From Anthoceros angustus (lineage: Eukaryota > Plantae > Anthocerotophyta), in assembly GCA_010909165.1 (NCBI GenBank), contig MU008195.1:186001-250000 (forward strand): 64,000 nucleotides of DNA, written 5' to 3'. Positions 24,868 to 40,800 of the stretch are shown here, one piece after another. The notes beneath the pieces were generated by a model, which saw nothing but the letters and a program-made list of their open reading frames with translations, did no database searches and was not told where the DNA came from. Numbering within the stretch: position 1 is the first letter of the stretch; each line of letters starts with the position of its first letter. The position numbers were made by a program, and so were the translations under genes.

Positions 24868-27800
24868 TCAGGCTCCCCAACCGTTGCTTGCCCTACCGAC
24901 GGAAGGCCCGTCATCGCCTCTCTTCTTCGAAGCGGAGGCTGCGGTGGTGCACAGGATGCACCTCATCTCGGGGCCCTTGGAGGAGTTAGAGCTGGAGGCA
25001 TCCCCGTGCTGAGACGGAGCTGTGCCGTCCCGGCGCAGATCTGTTGTGGAGACGGTACCGGACTGGCCTTTCTCTAGGGTTCCGCGCCCGGCGTTGGAGA
25101 TGCTAGCGGGGTCTTGAAGGCAGGTGACATGGTAGGCGTGGGTGCAGAAGAAGGCCACGACAGCCACGTTCTGGAGCCCTACCGGATCCAGGCAGATGCA
25201 GCATCTGCCACTGCCACCTACGTTGGACCTGCGTCCGGTGCTGCCTGTTTTCATCGACGCAGTACGGGATGGGGCTGCTGCTGCTTGTTTGGAGCCCCGC
25301 TTGATGCTTGGCGTGGAGGTTGCGCCGACGGTTACCCCGCCTTCTGGACCACCCACTCGGATGGCATGGCGAGCTTCGTGGTAGTATCGGACAAGAAGGT
25401 CTACACAATCCGCCTACAGAGGAAACACAGGATCAGTGAATGTGTGTCAGGAGTAAAGGGCGGGAAATGGTTCGGAACGACAGGTCTGGATAGGTCTATG
25501 ACCTTGAGAATATCATTGCATCCGTGACGCAATGACGTTTCCGTTCTGTAGTCTGTTATAATCTTCACCAGCCTGTCTCTCAAACTGCCACATGACAGAG
25601 TCACGACCAAGAGCTCAATAAGAAGTGTCAAGGCTGGCATGTTCTTACCGACCAAGTTGCCAGCAAGGAGGCTCTTACCGAGGAATCGCCATTCCAAGAG
25701 GAATTTTGTTAACCAGGTGAAGAGGATCGATATTGCCCACTGTGTGCTCCAGCAAAGCACCTACCTGCTCCAGCGAGAGATGGATGTTAGTGTAAAATCA
25801 TGTTCTACCACAATGTGGTCGCAAGCGAAGGCAACTAGCTAGATTTAAGTTGCTCTCAGCAAAATTTGAGATACCATTTCAGGATTGTTCAGGCACTGAT
25901 TGATGAGGTCATCCCATAACTCGTCATCATGTTGCGCTGTAACAAAGTCTATGGCCTGAGAAAAGACGGATGTTTAGCATTTGGGCACAAACCGAAATTC
26001 AGGAACCGAGCCAAGTATTCACTTGCTGCTTACCTGCTGCATGTCTCTGAGCTGGTTAATGATGAGAGCAAGGGCCTCTCTCGTATTGCCCATTCTCCCA
26101 AGAATAAAAACCATCTCCTTGGTCAAGCCTCTCCTTTTGCAGATCTCATAAGCCTGCAGGCATGACAAATTGTAGCTTTCATACTGAGGTCCGTGAAACG
26201 GTGTCAGCTACGCCTCCGACGGACGGAAAAGGTGCTGTACCTTATCCAGTGTGTAATGCTGACTGCTTCTCAAGAATGGAAGTAGTAACCGTGGCTCATA
26301 CTCTGCATACAGTTCAACCTGCAACATGTGAAGGACATAAGATTGAAGCTCTCTGACGAGAGAGCTGGGCCCACAAGATTCTATGGAATAGCCCAACGCA
26401 CCTGCAGATAATGGAAGTCTTTGCCAGCATTTGGATCTTTCTCAAACAGTGCATGCAAATATGAATGCAAAAGAGCCTTGTACTGGGTATCATTTCCCTC
26501 CCTCAAGAGCTGTGGAACCACTTCTGAGGCGGGTATCATACTGCTCTGCTGCACGTAGAGTGAAACTGCTCGCTTTCCGTCCAGACTCATCAAAGGAATC
26601 ACCTGAGAGGCCCCGGAACTTAGTTAGTGACACCCTTTCCACGAGAGGTTGTAATTCATGGCAAGAGCTCAATCCGAAAACTCACTTTATCTCGGACAGC
26701 CCCATACAGATTATACTGCTCGATGAATTCAAGTACGTTTGGTTTTTGTAACTGCCAGACACAAAAGTGAGATAAGCAGGAAGCTATCATCTGGTGGACA
26801 ACCTCTTGACACCTTGTGAATGACCAGCTCTATGCAGAATTACCTCAAGATATATTGCAAGGGTTTTATCATACTGCTCTACCATCAGGTAAAGGGTTGC
26901 AAGTGCCTGGTGGTCAACAGAACTGTTAGCCAAGGAAATCAGAGCTTAACAGTACAGTCAATGGCCAGATAACTCAGTTACAAACCTCTTGCAATGTTTG
27001 GGATCTCAGACTCGTGTTCAACTGCAACTCCGCTGCATTGATGATTGTTGGCACGGAGTAAATATTTGATGGCCACGTCTTGATGGTTGAAAGCAGTTCT
27101 TCGTGGTAAGCCGGATTTATGAGAAGTGAATTTAGAACAATCTGCGGGGGAGGGTGAGAAATACCTTTACCATCAGCTAGGCACAACTACGAATTATGTT
27201 AGACAACCAAATGGTAAGTCCACGTACCTCATATACAGTATCGCGAAGTTGTGGATTGCTGGTTGGAACATAAGGTGCAAGCTTTGGGAGCTGCCGCAGC
27301 TGGGCGAAGTTCATAATCCATCTGCACTCAGACCAAACCAACGGGCCCAATCATGATCCATTATGGCAATAAGTGGGAAGAGAAACCATGCTTTCTTCTT
27401 GCTCAAAGACATGCAATCGCTACCTTTCCCAGGCTGAGGAAGAACCACGTAACAGCTTAGGACAAAGGGCAGCAGCTTGAGCATATTGTCTCTCCAACAC
27501 CAAGTGATCCAAGTACCTTGAGCCTACCTGCCCAGAAGAAACACTCAGAGCATCAGAGTTGAGCAGGATACACTCAGTTTGGCTACATGCTGACAACTGA
27601 TGCCCATCGGAGGGACAGTGGATGCTTCCAGAACTTTCAAGGTGATAGCGAACCATTGATTTTTCACATGAATTCACCTCGTCAAGAAGCTCCATCCTCG
27701 TATTACCAGCCTCCACAGCAGCCAAAGCTTTCTCATGCCATCCATGTTGAAGAAGCCAAGCCACATGGTCTTCTGCATCCCTGGTAATTGACAGGAGCTC

Positions 27801-29805
27801 AGTATAGATAATTCTACATGTTATCATGCATACCGCATTCAAGCTAACTGGCAGCATACCTTGGGCGTGCAACCACTACATCTCTCGGGGACACAATATA
27901 GTACAAAGGCTCATAACCTTCTGCCCATTGGCCACCACCACTGCTACTGCCTGTGGAACATACCTAGGAATTTCTCAGATCCTCAGCCTTCGAAGAAGTA
28001 CATGCACCACACAATGGGTTTCTCAGATGCATGCGAGAGTACCTAAAAATGGAGCATGGGCCAAGAGGTAGTCTTTCGCTTCATAATGCTCATAACCAAG
28101 CACAGAAAGTGCATCTGAGGAGGCAAGCTCTTCATTCCTCCGAGTCACAATGTGCATCTCTGGCCTGTTGGATATGCCCTGAGACGGGCACAGAATGAAA
28201 AAATCAGCTTCCCTCCAGCTGGCTGATTCGCAGATAAGGAAGACCATGACAGTAGATTTGAACATCATGCTCTACCTGGTTTTAAAAGCTGATTCGCAAA
28301 TAAGAAAGACTATCAGAGAAGATTTCGACACCAAGCTCTACCTGGTTTTGAAAGCGGTATTGCAAACAAGAAAGATCAAGATGGTAGATTTCAACCCCAT
28401 GCTCTACCTGGTTTTGAAAGGAGCCTTTCGAGGGCTCATTGCCGCTAGTGTCTGCATGGGGTATATAAGCTAGAACCACGATTGAATCACCGTAGGGTGC
28501 AACACCAGAGATGTAGTAGTCTGTTCTGAAGGAAGCTACTATTTCAACATATTTTGTGCTGATGGTGGTTCTTGCTGCTCGTCCCAAAAGATCGCCACCC
28601 AAAGCAGTTGCGGGAGAGGAACCCAATACACCTCTGTTTTCAAAAGACCTTGTACGAACTGCAGCGACTTTCACAGAGTCTGCCCACCCAATTACAAAGA
28701 CGGCATCATCCTACAGTCCAACACACAAAGAGCTTGAGGCCATGATTCCAGCAGAGCAAACATAGAAAACAACAAGGACTTCCACATCACACAAACAGAC
28801 CTGCCACACTATTTGCGGCCGCAACAGTTCAGGCCGAGGGCTCTCAGGTGGGCGCTCAATAAATGACAGCCGTTGCTGCGTGGCAGTATCATAAATCTTC
28901 ACGCCAAGATTATTTGCCCAGGCAATAAGACTTGTCCTCCACTTGATGGCATGGATAGCGCCCTCCCCAGCATGGAGAACCTGGAGAAAACAAGGCCACA
29001 AACAAAATTCAACACAGGAAAGACGACAACAATAATGATGCTGGCCGAGTCAGTATGTTCCAGGAGTGTTACCACGTCACGAGCACCAAGCCAACCTTTG
29101 CTGTTGAGGATAAGCTGTCCAGCTAGGCCTCCGGCAGCAAATTGCTTAGACGATCTCCTGCCATACTCTGGATCCAACGCCACTGCCTTCACCGGCCTAT
29201 GATAATCATGCCTCTCCTTCTCATCCGAATACAGACTGCTGACAACAACAGTTCCGTCGTCCGAGCAACTCCCTATGTACTCCCCATCCACATCAAAGCT
29301 CAGCTCATTCACAGGTTCAGAGTGCACCGAAAATTCTTTCACCTACACAACAAAATGAATCACATCCATTCCAACCGTGTCAGCCACTCCACAATCTCCA
29401 AATGCAACCAATGCAACCCACCCAAAAAAAATTTGGAAAAAAAAATCCCCGCACCTGGTTACCCTGATAATCCAAAAGATGCACAGTCCCGGCACTGGTG
29501 CCGAGGGCTATGATCCGGTCGGCAACCGTAAGACACGAAGCTCCCGAAGCACCCACAATCCCTGGCACGCTGCCTCCCAGGCGCTGATACTTCAACCGCG
29601 GCTCGTCCTCGTCCGACAATGCCTGCTCATCGTCATCGTCATCATCCGCAGCATCATCCTCATCCAGCTCATCGTCCCCATCCACTCCATCCTGCGACAC
29701 ATCCCCGGGGACATCCGTGGGCTGGATCCCGTCTAGGGCCTGGGCCGGAACGGGAGCGTCCGTCCCCATGCCGTTGGTTCGGGGTTCAGGATCCTCCTCT
29801 ACCAT
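24868..29805 (-). CDS. VPS41: Vacuolar protein sorting-associated protein 41 (HOPS subunit), many exons
   Basis: Acidic N-terminus, then DEPRLKYQRLGGS, IALGTSAGTVHLLD, EYIGSCSDDG and RPVKAVALDP (WD40). RDAEDHVAWLLQHGWHEKAL. Clathrin-repeat region EPRLLLPFLRSSQHYTLDK; LRDRLVKIITDYRTETSLRHGCNDILK. C-terminal RING-like CCICLDP...FFCTHAYHVTCL. Confidence 0.96.
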
Positions 29806-30494
29806 CGTGACCCACACACGCCTCCAAATTCCTACCTCCCAAGCTCAATCCCGCCCACCATCCCCAATTGCGCTAATCCTACCGCCCACAAATCCCCAAT
29901 GCCGGCCTCCTCCCCGGCCATTCTTCCTGCAAATCGCCCAATTCCGCCGGAAGCTGGGGCCGAGCGCACAGCGCTTCCCGCCTCCGGCACGGGCCGAGAA
30001 GACACAAATCCGGACAGCAGCGGCAAACTCGCGGGGCAGACAGGGCGGACAGGGCAGATCTGCGAGGCCCAAGGGAGGGAGGCGCGGAAGCGAGCGGCCA
30101 GTCAGGGACAGCCAGCAGCAGCAGTGCGGGGTTTTGAGCGAGCGGAGCGCGGGTGCGACCGACTGGGGCCCATAGCCTGTGCCATCACCACCATCGCACT
30201 CTCCTCATCAACGCTTCCGATTTGTACAGGCCAAAAGCCTGGTGGCGTCCAACATTCCTGACACCGTCTACGCTAACACTGTTGTACACATGGAGCATTT
30301 TGACCACGGGTCATCCTCAACCACGGTATTACACACTTTGGATCGGCTTTTAAACTCCAAAACATGTTCTCTCCAAAAACAAGGCACCTACAAGGCTAAA
30401 TTCGCACACCTCCAGCATCATCCCTCCCTACACTTGAGGGATGGCTGAGTTGTATATCCTAAGTTGGCAAAGAGAGCTAATCAAGACCTGGCTT

Positions 30495-32503
<2,009 letters not shown>

Positions 32504-33554
32504 TCAATTTCAAATAATAATATATACTTGAATCTTTGCACCCCCTTTGATCCTCAATAGCAAAGCATGAGTGATGTTCAAATCTTCAAGAACAATAAAA
32601 AATGATTATTTTTATAAGAAAAGTAGAAGCATACTGAAGAGACTGAATAGGTACTTATCTATGAGTCATAATGTTTAAAGAGATTATTAACGGTAACTAA
32701 TTATAGAAAGGTTTTTGTCTCTTCAATTCTCCACGTATTATTGAGGGTGTGGTTCTATAGTGGCAGATAAGACCTCCTTACTTTTCGACAGGGTCTTTTC
32801 AGCTAAAGGAATTCAGTTTGTGGTCCAGAACTTTTGAGCTTGGCCTGTTACAGCATGCGTTTCTTTTGCGGAGCTCACACTTGTCGGTCCGAGAAGGACA
32901 GCGATTTGATGAAACCTAAGCCGAATACACCGCGGGCATGGTGCATACTGCATAGAACAAGCTGACAGTTATGAGAATTGTGGCAACCGGGTGATGTCTT
33001 CGACACTGTCACCGAGAGAGTCCAGCAGTTACGCGCGGCCGCATAAACGACGCGTTTTCTATCTCGCTTTGCTTTGCTTTGGTATGCTGTGAATGCCTTT
33101 GGCCGGCTTAGCCTTGTTTTTTGTAGCCGTGTTGTAGCTGCCGCAGCATTTCCTGCCAGGCCGTGCTTCTTGTGTCTTTCTTGCATCTTTCCGCACTCTA
33201 ATTCGGTACAAAGCTGGGAAGGAGGCTGACGATGCATGCTGCAAGGAGATGACGCTGGCCGATCACGGCTTTCAAATCTCGCTACCTTGTTGCCGGCGTC
33301 TGTTCATGACAGCTGCTTCTTGTCTTGCCCCATGTCGTGACGCGGAGCCTAGTTGCGGTGAGGTGAAAAGTGGTAGTGTTGCGCCTGTGCAAATTCTGGT
33401 CTCAGCAGTGAGTCGCTCAAGAAGCAGTGTTTGTGGAGTGGAGCACTGCAGTCAGTGCATGGCTCAGCAACTGCGCTGGTGACCTAGTTTTGGGAGACAG
33501 TCTATGTAGCTAAGAACCTGGTGCTATCGAGCGCTGCTCAGTGTGGGAGGGGCG

Positions 33555-34421
33555 ATGGCGCATAAGGATGAGGAGTATGACTATTTGTTTAAAATTGTGT
33601 TGATCGGTGATTCGGGGGTTGGCAAGTCCAATTTGCTGTCCAGATTCACTAGGAACGAGTTTTGTTTGGAGTCCAAGTCCACCATTGGTGTGGAATTTGC
33701 AACTCGCTCGATACAGGTAACTTTCCCCTTTGCACCGCAGCTAACATGAGCTTGCTTGTTTCGTTGCTTTGAAAGCAAATGTGAGGTGGTGCTCTTGTAA
33801 GGCGCTGTGATACAGTCTTGTCGGGGCTTTGGCTTTTAGGTTTGAAACTTTACTGATGGAGTGTGGTACAAGATAGGCGAGCCTAGCAAGGACGCTGTAT
33901 TTAGGGTTGGTGACATTTCTGTGTTTCAGGTGGACGGAAAGACCCTGAAAGCTCAGATTTGGGACACAGCAGGGCAAGAACGGTACAGGGCAATCACAAG
34001 TGCTTATTACCGGGGAGCAGTGGGGGCGCTTCTTGTGTATGATATCACCAAGCACATCACGTACGAGAATGTGGAACGGTGGTTGAAGGAGCTCAGGGAT
34101 CATGCAGATTCCAACATTGTCATCATGCTGGTAGGCAACAAGTCGGACCTGAAGCACCTCAGAGGAGTCACCACCGAGGATGCGTCGAGTTTTGCTGAAC
34201 GGGAGGGGCTCTCTTTCGTTGAGACATCGGCTCTTGAATCGACGAATGTGGAGAAAGCATTCCAGAGGATTTTGACTGAAATTTACCGGATAGTAAGCAA
34301 GAAAGCTTTGGCCTCCGAAGAAACCTCCACATCTGGCCCAGGAGAAGGTACTGCGATCATAGTCCCAGGGAACACGGACGGCGCTGCCGCACCCAAGAAG
34401 AGAGCGTGCTGCACCAACTGA
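33555..34421 (+). CDS. RABA: RabA (Rab11-family) small GTPase, RabA2-like; intron 33717-33929
   Basis: [59 protein letters not shown] and the CCTN prenylation end. Confidence 0.97.
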
Positions 34422-34994
34422 TCACCTTCAGAAAGTGCCGACTGAGCTGTTCGGACGAGAGTTTTGCCCTTGGCTTCTACTAAGCTGCTGTCCATCTTTG
34501 ATATGTTTTTCCGCCAAGCTTCACCTCGGAAGTCCGTTGCTGCTTGAGTGTTGTACGAGCGAACTCATGCTGGATAGTCTTTGAACATGTTCTAAAGCTG
34601 TGTAGCTGCCATGCCTGCGGCCAGCAGGTCTCCACCCATCACGGAGTGGTTTCTTCCTTTTTGTCACTCGTGGAACACGGCAAGTGATGCATTCATTCCC
34701 TTATGTACTTTCGGAGCGTTTATTCCCTTCCATTCCTTTCAATTCCGTGCTTTGTTCATGTTCCAGAGTCCAGACTCTCCAGACGCACAAGAATCACACT
34801 CTGCCGGCAACTGCAAGCTGTTCACGTGCCCATGGCGGTGCCCCCATGGCCACCAACTCATGCATGGAAATGACCAACTCTTGGCGCTCGGTGCGCCACG
34901 ATTGTTTTGATAACAACACCAAAGCGTTTTCCCTCTCTGCTTCTGAGCGGAGTCCCTTCCTGCTTCTGAGGGGGAATCTTGGAGAGTAGAGGGG

Positions 34995-37196
34995 ATGGCT
35001 TCTGTTGTGGCACCGTGCTCCCTGCACCACAAGCTGGGCGGCGTGCAAAGAGGGTGTGCGAGACGGCCTTGCACCGCAATTGCATCTGTGTCTTTGGAGG
35101 GTAGAGACAGGGACACTCGGACTCCGCACAGTGGGTGAGCATCTGAAAGCCTCCGCAAGTCTTGATTTCCGTGGCGTCCTCTCTTGCTGGGCGATAGAGC
35201 GCGCTGTGTGCTGCTTGCAGGTACCACTTCGATGGCACCAGTCGCCGATTCTTTGAAGGCTGGTACTTCAAGGTCTCCATTCCGCAAGAGAAGCAGAGCT
35301 TTGCTTGGATGTACTCGGTGGAAGACCCTGGGTCTCTGCCCAAGGGGTTGGAGGAATTAGTGTCGGGCCCCAGGTTTCCTGGCGTTGGGGCTCAGGTGCT
35401 GGGAGCTGATGACGAGTACCTCTGCCAATTTGAGCCGGATGTGAGAAATTTCTGGGGCAGTAAGTCATTCCACCACCCGCATGCAGTGAAACTTGGCCGC
35501 TTGCTGCTTGCTCGCTTTGTGATGAAAAGCTCATGGTAATGTGCAAGGCAGGCAGGCATGAATTGGCCTTGGGGAGTACGTTCGTAGGGAAGGCAAGAGC
35601 ATCTCCACCTAAGGCAGAAGTGCCGTCTGGGGTAACGTCGTAATGACTCATGTAATATGTTGGTGTGGTTTGCTGCCACCGGCCAAGCTAACTGTTACGT
35701 ACTCGTGTCGTAGGACAGGAGTTCTGGGAGCGGACTGAGGAGGGATTCCAGGTCTCTCCTACATGGCACCAAGGTTTCCTTCGTGACAATGGACGGTGAG
35801 GGTTGGGGGTGAGGGGAGCCTTGGGGTGCCGAGCTGTCGCATCTGCTGCTGATCTGACGCATCCGTGGCCTCTGCTTTCTTGGTGCAGATCTCCATATTT
35901 GCGGACAGTGGAGACGGTGAGGTGGGAGTACAGCACGCGGCCTGTGTATGGGTGGGGTGATATCGGTTCCACACAGAAGGCCACAGCGGGGTGGTTGGCA
36001 GCCTTGCCTGTTTTCGAGCCCCACTGGCAGATCTGCATGGCTGGTGGCCTATCTTCGGGTACTGGATGTTATCACCGCTTGATTCTACCCGCAGTGCTTT
36101 CTTTGGGGAATGCAGTTTCATCTGACTTGTGGAGTGCACACTACCACAGGCTGGATTGAGTGGGGAAGCAAGAGATTTGAGTTTGAAGATGCCCCCTCCT
36201 ATTCAGAGAAGAACTGGGGAGGCTCCTTTCCACAAAAGTGGTTCTGGGTATCACCTGCGACATTTATCATGTCTTGTGCAACCCCTACCTGTGACACCCA
36301 CAAATGATGAGCCCATGATGTTGCATGACATGTATGGCAATTGTAGATCCAATGCAATGTCTTCAATGGGGTATCTGGTGAGGTTGCTCTCACGGCAGGT
36401 GGAGGAAAACGAGCCCTTCCTCTGCTTCCAGGCGGTATGGAGGAAGTAGCAATGGTACTATCGCATGGCAACAAGTCAGCTCTTGATATCTGAGCCATCA
36501 AGCAAAGCCAGCTACGCCTGTTCCGCTCACTGTGCTGTGTTCTCTCGTCTAACAACAGATTGGTGTCCATTACGCTGGCAAGCACTATGAGTTCATTCCA
36601 TGGGCAGGCGAGGTGGACTGGGAGATCACCACATGGGGGTCATGGCGAATGTCTGCTCGAAATGACCAGTATGAGGTTGCTCCCTCCTCCCACACTCCTC
36701 CTATGAGGTACCAGTAAGTCATGTAATGCCAGTACCACCATGGCCGAATGACATTCACTCTCTGTCCCCGCAGGCCCAACTGATAGCCAGTACCAAGAGG
36801 GAGGGCACCGTTCTCCGAGCTCCAACTGCAGAGGCTGGTCTGGCACCCTTCTGCAAAGACACCTTCTTCGGAGACTTGGAGCTGCAAATCTGGGAGCGTG
36901 TTGGCGGTCGCCGAGGCAAAGTAAATCCCGTCCCTACCAAACCCTCGCCTTCCCCTTTCCTCCTCCTCCTCCACGTGAGCTGCCCTAACCATTGTGTGCC
37001 ACGCACCCTTCATTCTCAGGTCATTCTGGATACAACAAGCGACATGGCAGCCCTGGAAGTTGGAGGCGGCCCTTGGTACAGTTCATGGAAGAACGTCTCC
37101 AAGGTTCCAGACCCTGCCAAAAGCGTGATCGGTCTCCCCATCGACGTTGAGAAATTGTTCACCCCCGCTCCCTTTCTCAAACCTCCTGGTCTGTAG
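34995..37196 (+). CDS. VTE1: Tocopherol cyclase, chloroplastic, multi-exon
   Basis: Short transit-like N-terminus (MASVVAPCS...). RTPHSG|YHFDGTSRRFFEGWYFKVSIP, AQVLGADDEYLCQF, PVFEPHWQICMAGG, YSEKNWGGSFPQKWFW, LRAPT..GLAPFCKDT and MAALEVGGGPW. Ends FLKPPGL*. Confidence 0.96.
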
Positions 37197-37890
37197 ACAA
37201 TTCCTTCCACACCTTAGATTACTCAGCATCCCATGGACAATGGCGACAAGACGCGTGCTGTACTTGAACTGGTTTCATATTTCACTGGTTGAGAGCACAC
37301 GCGGACATACATCACCCTTATATGCATTAACTTGTTCAAATGGCGATGCGTCGTGAAATGCAAAGGGCTCTACATTCCCAAAATTCATCCTTATTTAAGT
37401 TGGCAGTATATTGAAGACGGAGAGAGTTCGTAGAAGGAGGGGAAGCAGGCCCAGAATTCTGCCTTGCTTCAACTGGATGCTCGCTCGCTTTGTAGAATGT
37501 TGCTCCCTCATCGAGGAGGCTGGGACGAGGGCTGACGCTCATACGAAGGTTCCAGGATAGTGCGGGGCATTTCGCTTGCAGCGCAAAATCTGGGACGCGG
37601 CGTCTTGTGGGCGCCATGCAGCGCGGAGCGGGAGCTTGCAGATTTGGATGCCGTTGGGACTGGCCGCAGAGTGCTCGCATCAGGGAAGTGGGAGAGCATC
37701 GGATTTGATTGCCAACCTAGGAGGAAAAAACGGAGGAGTGTGCGTGAAGCAAAGGCGGGGACGTTGAGCGATGTTGTTGCTGGGGCAGAGCATGTGGATG
37801 TGCGTTGCTTTCGGGCTATGGTTTTCCGGCATCTGCAGGGCAAGGCGCATGTAGCAGCAAGGTGTGGAGGAGGGTGGGAAGCGCGTCAGA

Positions 37891-40800
37891 ATGAAGCATC
37901 TGCTGAGGAAATTGCACCTCGGAGGCGGGCATGACGATCATCTAGATGGGGCGAGGATGCCGGAAGCGAGAGCAGCGGACGATACCGGTAGCGGAGCTGG
38001 CCGAGCCGGGCACGCTGAGTCCGCAGCGGCGTCGTCTGATCAGCGGCTGTCTCCTGCCAGCGCCATCTCGGGGTGGCTGGGTCGGCAGCTCCCGTCCATG
38101 GCATACAGCCAGGTGGGCGGGGGAGGGAGCGTGAGGCCGGGGAGGGAGAGTGTGGCCAGCGCTGGGGTGGAGGGGATTAGATCTGGGGGAACGCTGGCGG
38201 GGACCAACTCGGGGGTAGGCAGTTTTGGAGTGGCTTCGAGTGATGTGGATTATCAGTCTCTGGAGGAGGAGTATCAGGTGCAGCTGGCTATGGCGATCAG
38301 TGCATCCAACAATGAGCAGAACGTGGATCCAGAAATGCTAGAGATCGAGGCTGTGAAGAGGATAAGTCTTGGCCTGAGCCCGTCGACGGCTGCTGTGCAA
38401 GCTGAGGTCATTGCATATCGGTACTGGGTAGGTGAAGCTGACTGAGATTTGTAGAGGGCAGGGCATGAAGAGCGGTTCCCTGGTGTGATGCAGCTGGTTG
38501 TTGGGGCTGGCTGGGTGCATCTGTGAAGCTCTGAGTATGCTTACAGCATGTGGTGCGTTGTATTGTCACCTCTTCTGCTAGCTGCACTATGAGCTGTTCA
38601 TACTCCACATGTTCAGTGAATGGTGTGTGCAGTCTGTTACTTGCGGTTTGATTGAAGGTTCCGACATATCAGGAGTACAGATCGTCCGCACTGTCTAAAG
38701 TCCAAGAAAGCTTCATTTGAACCTTTGCATGTCTATTCTTGGTCGGCTGAAATCAGCGTAGTGCATTATGGTTACCAGCAAGGAAAGATCCAATCTTGCA
38801 CTTCTTCTGACGGGAAGACTGTTGCTGCTCTCACTTTGCAGACCTACAACTATCTTGGTTATGAGGACTATGTGGTAGACGGGTTTTATGATGTCTATGG
38901 TATCACTGAATCAACTATGCCCGAAAGAATGCCCTCTCTCTCGGATCTGGAAGCACTCCCTGTCATAGATACGATCACGTATGAAGTGGTCCTTGTAAAT
39001 AGAGCAACAGATCCTGACCTGCTTGAGCTGGAAAAGCGGGCACTGGCATTGGCGGATGAGCTTGGAGCTGGTGAGCCCGGCTATCGGAGCAGTGGTCTTG
39101 TGGAAAGTCTTGCACGTTTAGTGGCTGAACACATGGGTGGACCTGTGGCCAGCGACATCGATATGCTGACCGTGTGGAGAACAACAAGCTGGGCGCTGAA
39201 ATCCTCTATTCACAATATCGTGTTGCCCTTGGGTAGATTAAGCATTGGTTTAGCACGTCATCGTGCACTGCTGTTTAAGGTGCATTTTGCTGCTAGTATG
39301 CCCTTGGCTCGATGCCAGCTTCTCTTTTCTCCTCGTTTCTTTGCCTGTGCTTAATTTGATTGTGCAGGCACCTATCCTGGTTACTGGGCATTAACTGTAG
39401 ATAACTACACATGCATGTACATCCGTTTCAGGTTCTGGCCGACCATGTTGGGATCTCCAGTCGGCTTGTGAAAGGACGCCTCTATACTGGGCTTGACGAA
39501 GGTGCCTTAAACATTGTCAAGGGCGATGATGATCGGTATGCTTGTTTTCCTTTCCCAGTTGTCTTCCGAAGACTCTGCTGAAGCTGCAGTGTTGCCATTA
39601 GTACTAGGACTTTGAAGAAGTTGTTTGCTGCCTGCACTGTACACTTTTTGTTGTAAACACAGGTTTGCATTGTTGCCATCCGTGAAAGTGTGTTAGTTAC
39701 TTGAGAGTCATGTGCAGTTTGTGTTGTTTCGTGTTCATGCTTTTTGACAGGGAGTACATAGTAGACCTGGTGGGGGATCCTGGTACGCTCATTCCTCCTG
39801 ATGTGCCCGGCTCCTTAAATATTTTGGAACCGTCTACACTGAATGCACCTTTTGCAACCATTGGATCGGAGTCCAGGCAGGACGATGGTGTATCATCAAC
39901 AGAATCACATGGAGAACAAAGCAGGACATCTAGAGTGTCAATGTCCAGGACTGCAGAAACTTCAATTAATTTAACATGTGAGAGTCGGAGCAAATCAGCT
40001 CAACCTTTAGGGCCATTAGAGAGCGGCCCGACAGCCTCACAGCTTGTAGGCATCGACAAAAATGCTCCCCAGGGTATGGCTACCCTGGATTTGAAATCTG
40101 GCAGTGGGTATCTTAGTGGGTCAATAGAGGATAGTGAGCTTCGGTCTTCAGTCACCCAAACTCATAGTAGCCCAACTTCACATTGGAGATCATCTTCCTG
40201 GACTGAGGAACTCGGTCCACTAGAAGTACTACAAGTGAAAGATATCTCAGGGACGATGATTAATGTGAAGCCTCAGCCAGTAAATGCAGATGGAATGGAA
40301 CACAGCAGTCTCGCGGGACATCCTAGGCATGACACAGATGCATGCCATGAGAAGAATTCTCTGGAGTGTCTGGTTGATTGTTCTGCCTTCCCCAACTCAT
40401 CATGTCCAGTCTATGCAGTGGAAGAAGGCTTTCTGCAACCCAATGCAGCTGATGCTTGCACAAGCACGGCAGTAGGGAACATTAAGCATAAATCTGACGT
40501 GGGTGTAGAGCTTGCATACGGAGCTACAACTGTAGCACCCTCAGTGGTGACAAAAGACATGAAAGAGAAGTCAGGCATCATGGCTTTCAGCAGTTGTTAT
40601 AAGTTTGAAGCAACAGGTGAGCATGTGGAGAATTTGAGGAGCTGAATGACTCTCCTTGGAAAGAGTAATTATGTTGGAGGAGGTGCTAACATGAAACTTT
40701 CAGGTGAAGGACAGAGAACTGCGATTCCAGGCTGTCTCTACTCCCAGGAGTCTGTACTTGATGATGTGGCCGAGTGGGAGATTCTTTGGGAAGATATAGT

